A DNA stretch of 64,000 bases, taken from positions 14,570 through 78,569 of the forward strand of contig JACPAN010000003.1 of the NCBI GenBank assembly GCA_016180815.1, read 5' to 3'. How positions within the stretch are numbered: position 1 is the stretch's first letter; each line of letters begins with the position of its first letter. A model generated the notes under the pieces. That model ran no database searches. It was not told the DNA's origin and saw only the letters and a list, made by a program, of their open reading frames with translations. This document shows positions 36,904-46,303 of this stretch, piece by piece. The stretch comes from Elusimicrobiota bacterium. Lineage in GTDB: Bacteria; Elusimicrobiota; Elusimicrobia; JACQPE01. The position numbers and the translations under genes are program-made.

Positions 36904-37384
36904 TATCGTGCCGGCTGTCTCCGGCCTGGATTATGCGGCGCCCGCAGCCCGGTTGATCGTCGGCCTTGTTCTTTTCATTTCCGGGTATCTCAAGCTGTTG
37001 AGCCCGGTGGAGGAATTCGCCGCAGCCATCGAGGCGTTCCAAGTCCTGCCGTTGGCCTTGGTGCCATGGGCGGCTAAAACGATCCCCTGGGCCGAGCTGT
37101 TTATCGGCGGTTTTCTTGCAGCCGGGTACCTGACGACGTTGAGCGCCGTTGCGGCGGGATCATTGAATTCGGCTTTTTTCCTGGCCCTGGCTTCGCTTAA
37201 AATCCGGGGCATTGCCGTGGGCGAATGCGGGTGCTTCGGCAGCGCCGGGCCGCACCTGGAGCCTTGGCAGGTCATGATTTTGGATGCCGTGTTGATTACC
37301 TTGTCCGCTGTCCTTATTTCCCGTCGCCGCCAAATCAATCCTTTCAGCCTGGATCGTTGGATCGCCAGGGGCAGCAGTTACTAA
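36872..37384 (+). CDS. MauE/DoxX-family membrane protein
   Basis: ARLIVGLVLF.SG..K; PWAEL; CGCFG. Confidence 0.85.
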   Translation: MKKLRENEGLNIVPAVSGLDYAAPAARLIVGLVLFISGYLKLLSPVEEFAAAIEAFQVLPLALVPWAAKTIPWAELFIGGFLAAGYLTTLSAVAAGSLNSAFFLALASLKIRGIAVGECGCFGSAGPHLEPWQVMILDAVLITLSAVLISRRRQINPFSLDRWIARGSSY

Positions 37385-37466
37385 AAAACTTTCGGCCTAA
37401 TTTTCGCTAGGTCGAAAGACCCTGGGCAAAAATTCGATCCGGGGTCACAATGGGCAAGGAAGTTTC

Positions 37467-38030
37467 ATGATGAAATTGACTTGCGCCGGCTTATTGGCGC
37501 TGCTGCCTTTGGCTGTTTCAGGGGCGGAGACTCCGAATATCAGGGATCTTGTCCGCGTGCCCTTGGAGCGCCTGGACGGCCGCGTTGTCATCGAGCAAAA
37601 CCATGATTTGATTTTTGATGTCCAGGAGATGAGCGTCGCGCGCCGAGTTAATGAGTCGTTCGGGGGACGCGAAGTCGTTGAAGTCGATGTTGTCGGCCGT
37701 TGGAGGAATAAGGGCCTTTACCGGTCGGAGATCATCCCCACGCGCATGGTGGTTCGATCGCCCCAGCTTCAAGGCCCGGTGCGTATGCGGATTTTTGAGG
37801 CGCGTGGGCATCAATTAATCAGGCCCAGCAATCATATTTTGGGGTCATGGGAATCGACCCCGTTTATCCGTTACCGGGGGGTTTCGGCTAACCGGTCGTT
37901 ATTGGGGGTGAGTGTCGGCGAATTGGGACCAACAATCCTGGCGCGCACGTTTTGGGGACTTCGCGCGCCGGGAAACGGTTTTTCTTCCAGAGTTGTTTTG
38001 CCTGTTATTCGATTGGCGTCGCGGCTTTAG
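37467..38030 (+). CDS. Hypothetical secreted protein
   Basis: Signal-peptide-like N-terminus; 187 aa; no motif recognised. Confidence 0.5.
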   Translation: MMKLTCAGLLALLPLAVSGAETPNIRDLVRVPLERLDGRVVIEQNHDLIFDVQEMSVARRVNESFGGREVVEVDVVGRWRNKGLYRSEIIPTRMVVRSPQLQGPVRMRIFEARGHQLIRPSNHILGSWESTPFIRYRGVSANRSLLGVSVGELGPTILARTFWGLRAPGNGFSSRVVLPVIRLASRL

Positions 38031-38044
38031 GAAATCGGGCTAAA

Positions 38045-39370
38045 TTACCACTCTTCGCCTTTCTTGGCGATGGAGAGCAGATAAGTAACCAAATCTTCCA
38101 AGTCCTGCCCTTTGATCTTTTCTTTCCAGGCAGGCATGTAAAGAGGGGGAGTGGGGCCGTCCGCTTTGAACCGAACGATGTCCGTTGAAGGGACCCCCTT
38201 TTGAATTTTGTGTTTTAACTCCTCGCGCGTAAACGTGCCCATGGTCTCTTTTAAATCAGGCTCTTTGCCTTTGGCCATTTCCGCCACTTGATCCGCGGCT
38301 TCGGGATCCTGTCCCGGTCCCTGGGCATTGAAGTTCCTGCGTCCACCCATGGCGTCGATTCCATGGCAGCCTGCGCAGCCGAATTTATTGTAGACATAGC
38401 GGCCTCGTTCGATCGCGGACGCGTATTTTGGTTCGGGCTTGGGCGCGGCATAGACGTAGTAATCATGGAGAATTTTTTCGCTGGTCATGGACATGAGATA
38501 AGTCGCAATGGCCTTGGCCTCATCTTCCTTCATGTCCTTGAAGAACGGCGGCATGCCCGACGGTGAAATCGGCGAGCCCAAATGTCCTTCAGGATCACCC
38601 GGTACATTTTTCATTGGGTCTTGGGTCAAGTGAAGGAGAATCCAATTTTGAGCATTCCATTCTTTCCGGGGAAGGCCGGAAGGGTAAAAGTCGATCCTGG
38701 AAAGAGGTTTTGAGGCGACTTCGCCTAAATCCTCGGAAACCACGCCGCCTGAGCCCTTGATGGCGTGGCAGCCGTAGCAACCATGCTTTGTGAACAGCTC
38801 TTTGCCGGTTTTTGCGGTTTGGGCGTAGGGGATATCTTCGAAATTCGCGTGGCATTTGACGCAGGCTGCCTGAATAAAGGGCGGTTGAAGGAGCGGTTCC
38901 TCCCAATGCTTGACCTTGCCGTGAGCGGCTTCCACGGTCGTGGCCAAGCCTTGGCCTTGATGGCAAATCGTGCAACCGTATTTATTGGGCGAATGAGTCT
39001 TCAGGATATCCCCCGGGTGGCCTTTGTAGGGATTCTCCGTAAACGGCGTTTGAAGCGACGGGTTATAAAGCGGGTCCATGCCGACATGGCAAGTAATGCA
39101 GCGGTCGATGCGGTCGATATCGTTGAGGATCATTTGTTTGACCTCAAGCCCGGCGTGTTGTTTGGCCTGAATTTGTTTTTCGATGGATCTGCGCGCTTCA
39201 GGTTCCTGGGTTTGAGCCAGTTTGCCTTCCAGATCCTTAGCTTCCAGTTCGTAGAATTTCTTTTGGTATTTTTTCCATTCCCTGCTCTCATCGCGCATGA
39301 CGGAAGCGGCCAGAAGCAGGACGAGAAGCAGATTGCCCCAGATAAAGAGCTGTCTGACGATTTTGGGCAT
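38045..39370 (-). CDS. Membrane-anchored pentaheme cytochrome c
   Basis: Five CxxCH motifs: CITCH, CTICH, CVKCH, CYGCH, CAGCH. Confidence 0.9.
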   Translation of the reverse strand: MPKIVRQLFIWGNLLLVLLLAASVMRDESREWKKYQKKFYELEAKDLEGKLAQTQEPEARRSIEKQIQAKQHAGLEVKQMILNDIDRIDRCITCHVGMDPLYNPSLQTPFTENPYKGHPGDILKTHSPNKYGCTICHQGQGLATTVEAAHGKVKHWEEPLLQPPFIQAACVKCHANFEDIPYAQTAKTGKELFTKHGCYGCHAIKGSGGVVSEDLGEVASKPLSRIDFYPSGLPRKEWNAQNWILLHLTQDPMKNVPGDPEGHLGSPISPSGMPPFFKDMKEDEAKAIATYLMSMTSEKILHDYYVYAAPKPEPKYASAIERGRYVYNKFGCAGCHGIDAMGGRRNFNAQGPGQDPEAADQVAEMAKGKEPDLKETMGTFTREELKHKIQKGVPSTDIVRFKADGPTPPLYMPAWKEKIKGQDLEDLVTYLLSIAKKGEEW

Positions 39371-39371
39371 A

Positions 39372-41189
39372 TTAGATGTTGAAATTCAGATGCGGTATGG
39401 AAAAAACGTATTTGATGTTAAATCCCAGGCGCCCCCCCATTTTAAGCAAAACGCCCAATGTTAACAGCACGAAAACCATGGTTGTCGCGTAATTGGGGAT
39501 GGCTAGATTGCGTATATAGCGCTGGGGCAGTAGAAATCCGAAGATAATGAAAAGGAAAAGAAAAATGCTGATCAACAAAAAGCTGCCTATGCCGAAATGA
39601 GGGATATTCGTTTGGACAAACAATAGGAGGCGATCGAGAAGCGAATATTGAGCAGGATCGTCGAGGACAACCACATTGCCGGCGGCGCCGAGGAGCAAAG
39701 CGTGGGCAATTTTCATGGAGATTCCCGTGACCAAAGACAGAAGACCGGCTGTCGGTACGGCTATTTTCCAGTCGATGTCTTTTTTAATGAGCCGCGGCAA
39801 ACCCATGCCCAGGCCGAAGTAAAAAAGCATCAGCGGCCCGCCGATCATGTTAGGCACATCCCAGGTTTTGGGCGGCAGGGGCTTATGCACCGACCAATCT
39901 TCCCACGGCCAGTACCAGGCCCAACTCGGTCCCCGGCAATATTGCCCGATGAAAATCAGAACGAACCACATGATAAGGCCCAGCATGAACATGGAATTGG
40001 CGAACGGCCGCTCTTTCCAGGTGTAATAGCCCACGCCTTTGGGATTAGTGTCGAGATAGGGGATGGCGCACAAGCCCACGATAATCATATTGGGCAACAG
40101 CACGCCCGCGATCCAGGGATCGAAATAAACCAGCAGTTCCTGCAGGCCCAGGAAGTACCAGGGGGCTTTGGAGGGGTTCGGCGTGACCGTTGGGTTGGCC
40201 GCCTCCTCCAGCGGGGCGTTCATCAGCAATGTCCAAAGCAAAATAGCCACCGTGGTCAGGGCCGCGGCCACATATTCCCTGGCCACCAGATTCGGCCAGA
40301 CTTCGACTTTTTCTTCATTGGGCGCCAATGGCGCGGCGGAGAACGAGTCTTTCCTGATTCTCCAGAAATGCAGCATGATCATGGCGCCGACCACGAACGG
40401 AACGAAAATGCAATGCAAAACGTAAAAGCGGATCAAGGTCGCTTCACCCACCGCTGTTCCGCCTAAAAGGCCGAAGCGTATGTCGTTGTTGATTTTCATG
40501 CCCAACAGCGATGAGAACGGTCCTTCATTGCCCAGCAACGGGGTGGCCGCGGCCATATTCGTGCCCACGGTCACCGCCCAAAGGGCCAGTTGATCCCAAG
40601 GCAAAAGATAACCGGTGAAGGAGAGAAACAGGGTTAGGGTCAAGAGAACCACGCCCAGCACCCAATTGAATTCTCTGGGCGTCTTGTAGGCGCCGGTTAA
40701 AAACACGCGGACCATATGAACGATCACGGTAATGACCATGGCATGGGCGCACCAGCGGTGCATATTGCGCCAGAACCAACCGTAGGAAACCGCGAATTCC
40801 AAATCTTTCATGTCCCGGTACGCAAGCTCCGGGGAGGGACGGTAATAAAACATGAGCAAAATGCCGGAGAGGGTTAACAGCAGAAACAGCCAGAAGGAAA
40901 TGCCGCCCATGCCCCAGGAATAGATAAATTTAAGGGCGCGCGGCCGAATTCTGACCGGATGCAGATGAAGCCAAACATTGCCGATAATATGCGCGGCCCG
41001 GTCCCTGGGCGTGTTTTTCCAAACCCCACCGCGAAATACGCTGCGCCAAATCTGGCTGTTGATCACCGCTTTTTTGATGTCTTCGGGGTTGGTGGGGATA
41101 TTGACCCCGTTGCCCGTTAGTTTGGCCAGGAGGCCTTTGAGCGGATTTTCCGGCTTGGGCGGCGTTTGCGTCGGTTGATCGTTGGCCAT
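39372..41189 (-). CDS. Cytochrome b (b6-like region fused to subunit-IV-like region) of a Rieske/cyt b complex
   Basis: [49 protein letters not shown]. Confidence 0.92.
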   Translation of the reverse strand: MANDQPTQTPPKPENPLKGLLAKLTGNGVNIPTNPEDIKKAVINSQIWRSVFRGGVWKNTPRDRAAHIIGNVWLHLHPVRIRPRALKFIYSWGMGGISFWLFLLLTLSGILLMFYYRPSPELAYRDMKDLEFAVSYGWFWRNMHRWCAHAMVITVIVHMVRVFLTGAYKTPREFNWVLGVVLLTLTLFLSFTGYLLPWDQLALWAVTVGTNMAAATPLLGNEGPFSSLLGMKINNDIRFGLLGGTAVGEATLIRFYVLHCIFVPFVVGAMIMLHFWRIRKDSFSAAPLAPNEEKVEVWPNLVAREYVAAALTTVAILLWTLLMNAPLEEAANPTVTPNPSKAPWYFLGLQELLVYFDPWIAGVLLPNMIIVGLCAIPYLDTNPKGVGYYTWKERPFANSMFMLGLIMWFVLIFIGQYCRGPSWAWYWPWEDWSVHKPLPPKTWDVPNMIGGPLMLFYFGLGMGLPRLIKKDIDWKIAVPTAGLLSLVTGISMKIAHALLLGAAGNVVVLDDPAQYSLLDRLLLFVQTNIPHFGIGSFLLISIFLFLFIIFGFLLPQRYIRNLAIPNYATTMVFVLLTLGVLLKMGGRLGFNIKYVFSIPHLNFNI

Positions 41190-41707
41190 TAGGCTTTAAA
41201 TTCCACGTAATAGGGAGCGTTATCCCGGAATCCGGGACGGTTCTCCAGAACCGCTTTATCGATGATTAAATCCCCATTGGACGCCATTTCGATTTTGCAA
41301 TGCCACAGGGGCTTGGGCGCGGGTCCGGCGATCACGTCGCCGTCCGGGCTGAAATTGGAGCCATGGCAGGGACAACGGAATCGTTTTTCTCCTTCAAACC
41401 AATTGGGCGTGCAGCCCAAATGCGTGCAGCGGCCCCAGATAGCCACCATGCCTTCTTCTTTTTTGATGATCCATACCCGTTGCTCGCGCATCCATTTCAA
41501 GGAAACGCCCAAAGGGTACTCTGCCGCCGGGCCCGCGTTGAATTTTTGAGAGGGCTCGTAAACCACGTTGGGGAAGAGAAAGCGCAAAGTGCTGGCCGCA
41601 GTGCCGCCCAGGAAAGCGATGAGTCCGCCCCAGGCGAGTTTCATGAACGATCTCCGTGAAATTTCGGATTCAGCTTGCGGTGTTGACTGCGGTGTCGGCG
41701 CTGTCAT
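41189..41707 (-). CDS. Rieske 2Fe-2S subunit
   Basis: Tat-like SRRSFM; CTHLGC; CPCHGS; GPAPKPL. Confidence 0.95.
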   Translation of the reverse strand: MTAPTPQSTPQAESEISRRSFMKLAWGGLIAFLGGTAASTLRFLFPNVVYEPSQKFNAGPAAEYPLGVSLKWMREQRVWIIKKEEGMVAIWGRCTHLGCTPNWFEGEKRFRCPCHGSNFSPDGDVIAGPAPKPLWHCKIEMASNGDLIIDKAVLENRPGFRDNAPYYVEFKA

Positions 41708-41759
41708 AAGGATAGGAAGTTTATTTAAGTCTGTGGCCGCTAGTCAACATCCGCAAAAT

Positions 41760-42608
41760 TCATGAGTTGGTTCTGGCCGCTTGTTTTTCGATGCGTTCGG
41801 GAATGGCGCCGCCCATCATTTCCATGGCGCCTTTGCCCAGCCACCAGCCTCCGTCCACGACGATGATTTCACCCGCGATGTAATTGCCCATGGGGGATGC
41901 TAAATAAAGAATCAAGTTGGCGACATCATGTTCCGTACCGAAACGTCCGAGCGGAATACTTTTTAAAAGTTTTTGTTGGATTTCCGGAAGCGGCCACAGC
42001 TTTTCCTCAGTTTGCGGCGTATTGATCGCGCCCGGAGCAATGGCGTTAACCAAAACCCCGCGGCCGGCCCATTCCGCTCCCAACGTTTGCGTCAAGGCCA
42101 CGACACCGGCCTTGGCTGACACCGAAGGCGCGAAACCCGGCCCTCCGGTCCAGGCATAGGTGGCCACCATATTGATGATTTTTCCCGACCCACGCTGGAG
42201 CATTTTTCGGCCGATCTCATTTGTGCAGAAAAACGTGCCGTTTAAAACGATGTCCACCACCTTTTCCCAGCGCACCGAGGTAATGGCCTCGGTCGGGCGC
42301 ACGAAATTCGCGGCGGCATTATTAATGAGGCAGTCGACATGCCCGAATTCCTCAACGGCTTTGGCGGACATGGTTTTGACCTGCTTGATATCCGAGATAT
42401 CGGTGGGGATAACCAGGGCTTTTGGGCCCAGCGCCCGAATCTCTTGGGCCGCGGCTTCTAGGCGTTCGGCGTTTCTGGAGACCAGGATAATATGGGCACC
42501 ATGGCGGGCCAACTCAAGACCGATGATTTTTCCGATGCCTGTGCCCGCGCCTGTGATCAGAGCGACTTGGTCCTTGAGCAAGTCCTTGACGAAATAGCTT
42601 TTGCTCAT
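41760..42608 (-). CDS. SDR, 2,4-dienoyl-CoA reductase-like
   Basis: TGAGTGIG; INNAAANF; SVSAKAGV (lacks the catalytic Tyr, as in DECR); IPLGRFG. Confidence 0.85.
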   Translation of the reverse strand: MSKSYFVKDLLKDQVALITGAGTGIGKIIGLELARHGAHIILVSRNAERLEAAAQEIRALGPKALVIPTDISDIKQVKTMSAKAVEEFGHVDCLINNAAANFVRPTEAITSVRWEKVVDIVLNGTFFCTNEIGRKMLQRGSGKIINMVATYAWTGGPGFAPSVSAKAGVVALTQTLGAEWAGRGVLVNAIAPGAINTPQTEEKLWPLPEIQQKLLKSIPLGRFGTEHDVANLILYLASPMGNYIAGEIIVVDGGWWLGKGAMEMMGGAIPERIEKQAARTNS

Positions 42609-42636
42609 GAAGCGCCATTAAAGCATGATTTGCGGC

Positions 42637-43968
42637 TTAGGACCAGGCGATGCGGTTGCGGCCGTCCGCTTTGGCGCGATAAAGCGCCCGGTCGGCGCGC
42701 TCAAGTAAGGATTGGGCGGTGCGGGCGTCCGCGGGATAGGCTGATCCGCCCATGGATACGGTCACTTTGCCCAAGGGCTGTTTGTCCGCGCCCGGATAGG
42801 GAGCTGTTTCTACGGCCTGCCTTAGGCGTTCGGCAACCACCAGGGCTTGTTCTTTATCGGTGTCCGCCAACAGAGCCACGAATTCCTCGCCGCCGTAACG
42901 CGCCAGGGTGTCTTCGGTGCGTAACGTTTCCCTTAACATCTGGGCGGTCATTTTTAAAATGACATTGCCCATTTCATGGCCTTGGTTGTCGTTGTAGTGT
43001 TTGAAATGATCGATATCAATGATGAGAATGGACAGCGGCCGGGCATAGCGCCGGGCGCGTTCCACTTCCCTGCGGATCACTTCCTGGAAATAGCGGAAGT
43101 TATAAATGCCGGTCAAGGCATCGGTGATGGTTTCGCGCACCAGCTGTTCCTGTTTTTCTTTTAAATTCCTGGTCATGGAGTTGAAGGCCTGGGTCAGCGT
43201 GCCGATTTCATCGGCGGAGGTGATGCGCATTTCAAAATTCAAATCCCCGCCGGTGATTTTTTGGACGCCCTGCAAAAGGACCCCAAGGGGACGAAGAATG
43301 GAAAAAGCCAATAGCAGGGTGATTGTCCCGACGGCGATAAAAGCGATGATTCCGGCCCACTGGGCCGCTTGCCGGCCTTCCTCCAAAAGGTCGTTGACCT
43401 TAGCCTCGGCGCCTTCCAGGGCCACGCGGTTAATATCCAGGATTTTTTCGCAAATTGCGTAAATCCGGGCCAAGCGCTGACGCCCGGAGGAAGACAGCAG
43501 GGTCAAGGATTGTTTATGCCGGGGGAATTGCTTGCCCCAAACAGCCACGATTTCGATGGGCCCGCCCTCAGGGAATTTGGTTTCCTGGTAAAAGCGCACC
43601 AGGCGCTCGACATCCACGAAATAGAGGCGGCTTTCCTGTTCAAGCTCGGCCAGGAGTTTTTTGATTGTGGCGCTGATGGAATTTTGGCCCAGCTCGTTCA
43701 TGCGCTCTCGGGCGGTTTTTTTATGGCGTCCGGCTTCCTCAATCAACCCGGATTCTCCGGTCACCATGAAGCGCATGATCAGATCATCGTAGGAGACAAA
43801 GGCATGTTTGAGCTCGGCGGCGGCATTCATGGCCTGAACGTTCGGGGCAAGCGTGCGGGACATGATTTCGCCCAAGCGGTTTTGATGGCGTTCGCTCCAG
43901 ATGCCGTAAAGCATGACGGTGATGACCGTTATAGCCGCAGCCAGGAAAAGCTTGGTTTTAATGCCCAT
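42637..43968 (-). CDS. Membrane sensor diguanylate cyclase (periplasmic domain-HAMP-GGDEF)
   Basis: Two TMs; HAMP DEIGTL; TDALTG; DIDHFKHYND; RTED I-site; RYGGEEF. Confidence 0.93.
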   Translation of the reverse strand: MGIKTKLFLAAAITVITVMLYGIWSERHQNRLGEIMSRTLAPNVQAMNAAAELKHAFVSYDDLIMRFMVTGESGLIEEAGRHKKTARERMNELGQNSISATIKKLLAELEQESRLYFVDVERLVRFYQETKFPEGGPIEIVAVWGKQFPRHKQSLTLLSSSGRQRLARIYAICEKILDINRVALEGAEAKVNDLLEEGRQAAQWAGIIAFIAVGTITLLLAFSILRPLGVLLQGVQKITGGDLNFEMRITSADEIGTLTQAFNSMTRNLKEKQEQLVRETITDALTGIYNFRYFQEVIRREVERARRYARPLSILIIDIDHFKHYNDNQGHEMGNVILKMTAQMLRETLRTEDTLARYGGEEFVALLADTDKEQALVVAERLRQAVETAPYPGADKQPLGKVTVSMGGSAYPADARTAQSLLERADRALYRAKADGRNRIAWS

Positions 43969-44297
43969 TCTTCAATAGCTTAAACCCCTACAGGGGTTAT
44001 GACAAGGGGGAGGTAGGACTTTGGGCCTATTTGGAGCTGGGCCGGCAGGAGGCTGTTTTTTGGCCTAAAGGCCCAGTTCATTTTCATGGGGAGGGGGTAG
44101 GCTTATGGTGGAGGTGATGACACTTATGAAGAACGCAGTCAACGCCAAACATAAAGGCCTGCGCAAGGCATTTCATATCCCCGCCAACCTTTTAAACGGT
44201 TCAGACGGCAATTCCTGGCAGAAAACCCCGCGCAAGGCTTCACATATTCAAAAGGTCAATACAGGCCCCAGCGTGCATTTTGTTTGGAAATAAACGT

Positions 44298-45284
44298 TTA
44301 GGGCAGGCCTAAGCATTCTCTCCTTGATCGCACGGAAAGAAGAAAATTATTCAATAAATTACGATTTTCGACCGCATCGCTGAGGGCGTTTTTGAGATAA
44401 AACACGGCTCGATCGCATGGATTTGCAGGAGTCTTGTTGACGGCGATATGGATTGATTCCGGATAAAAGTCGATCACTGATTTTCCTTGCTGGTCTGTTT
44501 TTACGTCAGAGTACTCGGTTCCCCAGCGTTCAAAATGGCGCCACTGCCGTCGCCGGTAGGACCGTATTTTTTGGCAAGCGTCTCGTTGAAGAGATTGGAC
44601 CAGAGAGCTGCCGCCGGTTTCCCGGCAATGAAAAAGATCGGTTAAGCCGGCTTCGATCACCGAGCGGTAGGCGATGATTTCCGAAAGGATTTCTTCGTTG
44701 ATATCGGGTTCATGATTGCCGAGAATGGATTGAACATACGCATGGACGAATTCGTGAGCTAAGACCGGAGCTTCCCACCCCGCAGGCAAGCAGGCAAAAA
44801 CATTATTGACGGCAATGACGTTGGCGCCGGGGCTGTAAGTGCCGCCGATGCCGTGGGCCAATATCCCGCCCATGCCTTCGAAGGCATGGGGGACGGCCGG
44901 GACAAGCGTTTCGACCATGGACGCAAAAAATGCGCCGTTTTTTAATTGCCGGACGACATTACCCAGGCGCGGCCCGTTGGTTTCACTCAACAGGGGGCAC
45001 GCTGCCGCGGTGACGATGATGTGATCAAGGACCAGGCAATCCAGTTCCTCAAGATCATCCGGCGGAAAACCCGCGAACGCGTTGACATGGGCGTTGGGGA
45101 TATTCAGGTGCAAATCGCTGTCCGTAGGTTCTTGGTCGATTAACAGCGTGGAAATCGTGGTTTCCGACAGGTTTCGTTCACCGAGGCATTCCTCGTACCG
45201 GCGCTCCAGGATTTCCTTCAAGGGGTTGGCTTCAAGAAATCCTCCGCAGATGAGGATGACCGGCAGCAGCAATAAGGCTTTCAT
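44298..45284 (-). CDS. Secreted orphan with HExxH zinc-metalloprotease motif
   Basis: Signal MKALLLLPVILIC; VLAHEFVHAY...EEILSE. Confidence 0.6.
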   Translation of the reverse strand: MKALLLLPVILICGGFLEANPLKEILERRYEECLGERNLSETTISTLLIDQEPTDSDLHLNIPNAHVNAFAGFPPDDLEELDCLVLDHIIVTAAACPLLSETNGPRLGNVVRQLKNGAFFASMVETLVPAVPHAFEGMGGILAHGIGGTYSPGANVIAVNNVFACLPAGWEAPVLAHEFVHAYVQSILGNHEPDINEEILSEIIAYRSVIEAGLTDLFHCRETGGSSLVQSLQRDACQKIRSYRRRQWRHFERWGTEYSDVKTDQQGKSVIDFYPESIHIAVNKTPANPCDRAVFYLKNALSDAVENRNLLNNFLLSVRSRRECLGLP

Positions 45285-45388
45285 CTGTTTGTTGTTAAGG
45301 GTCCCTAAAGGGTAGCGGCTAATCATTCATTAATCAAGGGATGGCGCGCCGCAGGCTGAAGGCGCTTGCGAATCCGTATACTTGTCGG

Positions 45389-46303
45389 ATGGATCCCATC
45401 GCGCATTGTTTACTCGGCGCTTTAATCGGAAAAAGTTTTGGTTTTCAGAGGCGCTCAAGCCTGTGGCTGGCCGCAGGTTTGGCCGAGTTGCCGGATATCG
45501 ACGTTTTCAGCTGGGCCATTGAGGGGGCTCCCATGGCTTTGGTGCATCGCGCCGAGACGACTCATTCATTCGCAGCCGCTATTGCTCTGGCTGTTCCAGC
45601 CGGATGGTTGTTCGTTCGCCGGGAGAGTCAAAGCGCGTGGAGAGGTTTTGCCGCGGCTGTTGCGCTGCTGTGTTCTCATGTGACCGGGGATTGGCTGACC
45701 ACCTATGGAACCCCGGTTTTTTGGCCGTTTGACCGAAGCAATTTTTCCTTGGATCTGGTCAGCAATTTAAATTGGCTGCCGATTATTCTGATATCCGCCG
45801 GCTTGGTTTTTTCCGCTTTCGGATCGCGCCGGGCCATTCAAGCCGCATGGTTGTCGCTCGCGCTTTTTGTGCTTTGTTCGGGTAGCCTGCGCCTGGCGGC
45901 CCGGCGGCAAGTTGAGCGGGCCCATCCCGAGTTATTGTTTTCTGTTTTTCCTCATATCCTGGCCCCTTGGGTTTTTCGGGCCGTCGGCGAGGGCTCGGAT
46001 GAGTATCAAACGTTTGTGGTTTCACCTTTGCAGGGAACCATCGAGAGCGCCGGAGTTTTTCCCAAGGCGCCGCCTGTGGAGCCGGTTCAAGCATCGCTGG
46101 CAACCGCTTCAACCCGGCTCTTTCTAAAGCATAATCGTTGGCCTGTGGCGAAAATTGAAACAGCCGGCAATGGAACGCGCCGGGTGATTTGGGGCAATCT
46201 CCTTTTTTCCAGGGATGGCCGCATGATTCACGGGCGGGCCGTGGCTGAAGTTGATGCCCAAGGCCGGCTATTAAGGCATTGGCGCGACGGTAAGCTCTGG
46301 TGA
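45389..46303 (+). CDS. Inner-membrane metal-dependent hydrolase (YdjM/DUF457-like)
   Basis: MDPIAH, LPDID, HRAETTHS, SHVTGDWLTTYG.PVFWPF. Confidence 0.85.
   Translation: MDPIAHCLLGALIGKSFGFQRRSSLWLAAGLAELPDIDVFSWAIEGAPMALVHRAETTHSFAAAIALAVPAGWLFVRRESQSAWRGFAAAVALLCSHVTGDWLTTYGTPVFWPFDRSNFSLDLVSNLNWLPIILISAGLVFSAFGSRRAIQAAWLSLALFVLCSGSLRLAARRQVERAHPELLFSVFPHILAPWVFRAVGEGSDEYQTFVVSPLQGTIESAGVFPKAPPVEPVQASLATASTRLFLKHNRWPVAKIETAGNGTRRVIWGNLLFSRDGRMIHGRAVAEVDAQGRLLRHWRDGKLW

Noticed and set aside
38765-40466. 205-aa and 272-aa plus-strand ORFs
   Set aside because: Antisense shadows of the cytochrome c and cytochrome b genes, typical of GC-biased codon usage.
43369-43983. 204-aa plus-strand ORF
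   Set aside because: Antisense to the diguanylate cyclase; no motifs.
44105-44293. 62-aa intergenic ORF
   Set aside because: Short, no recognisable domain; cannot be supported.
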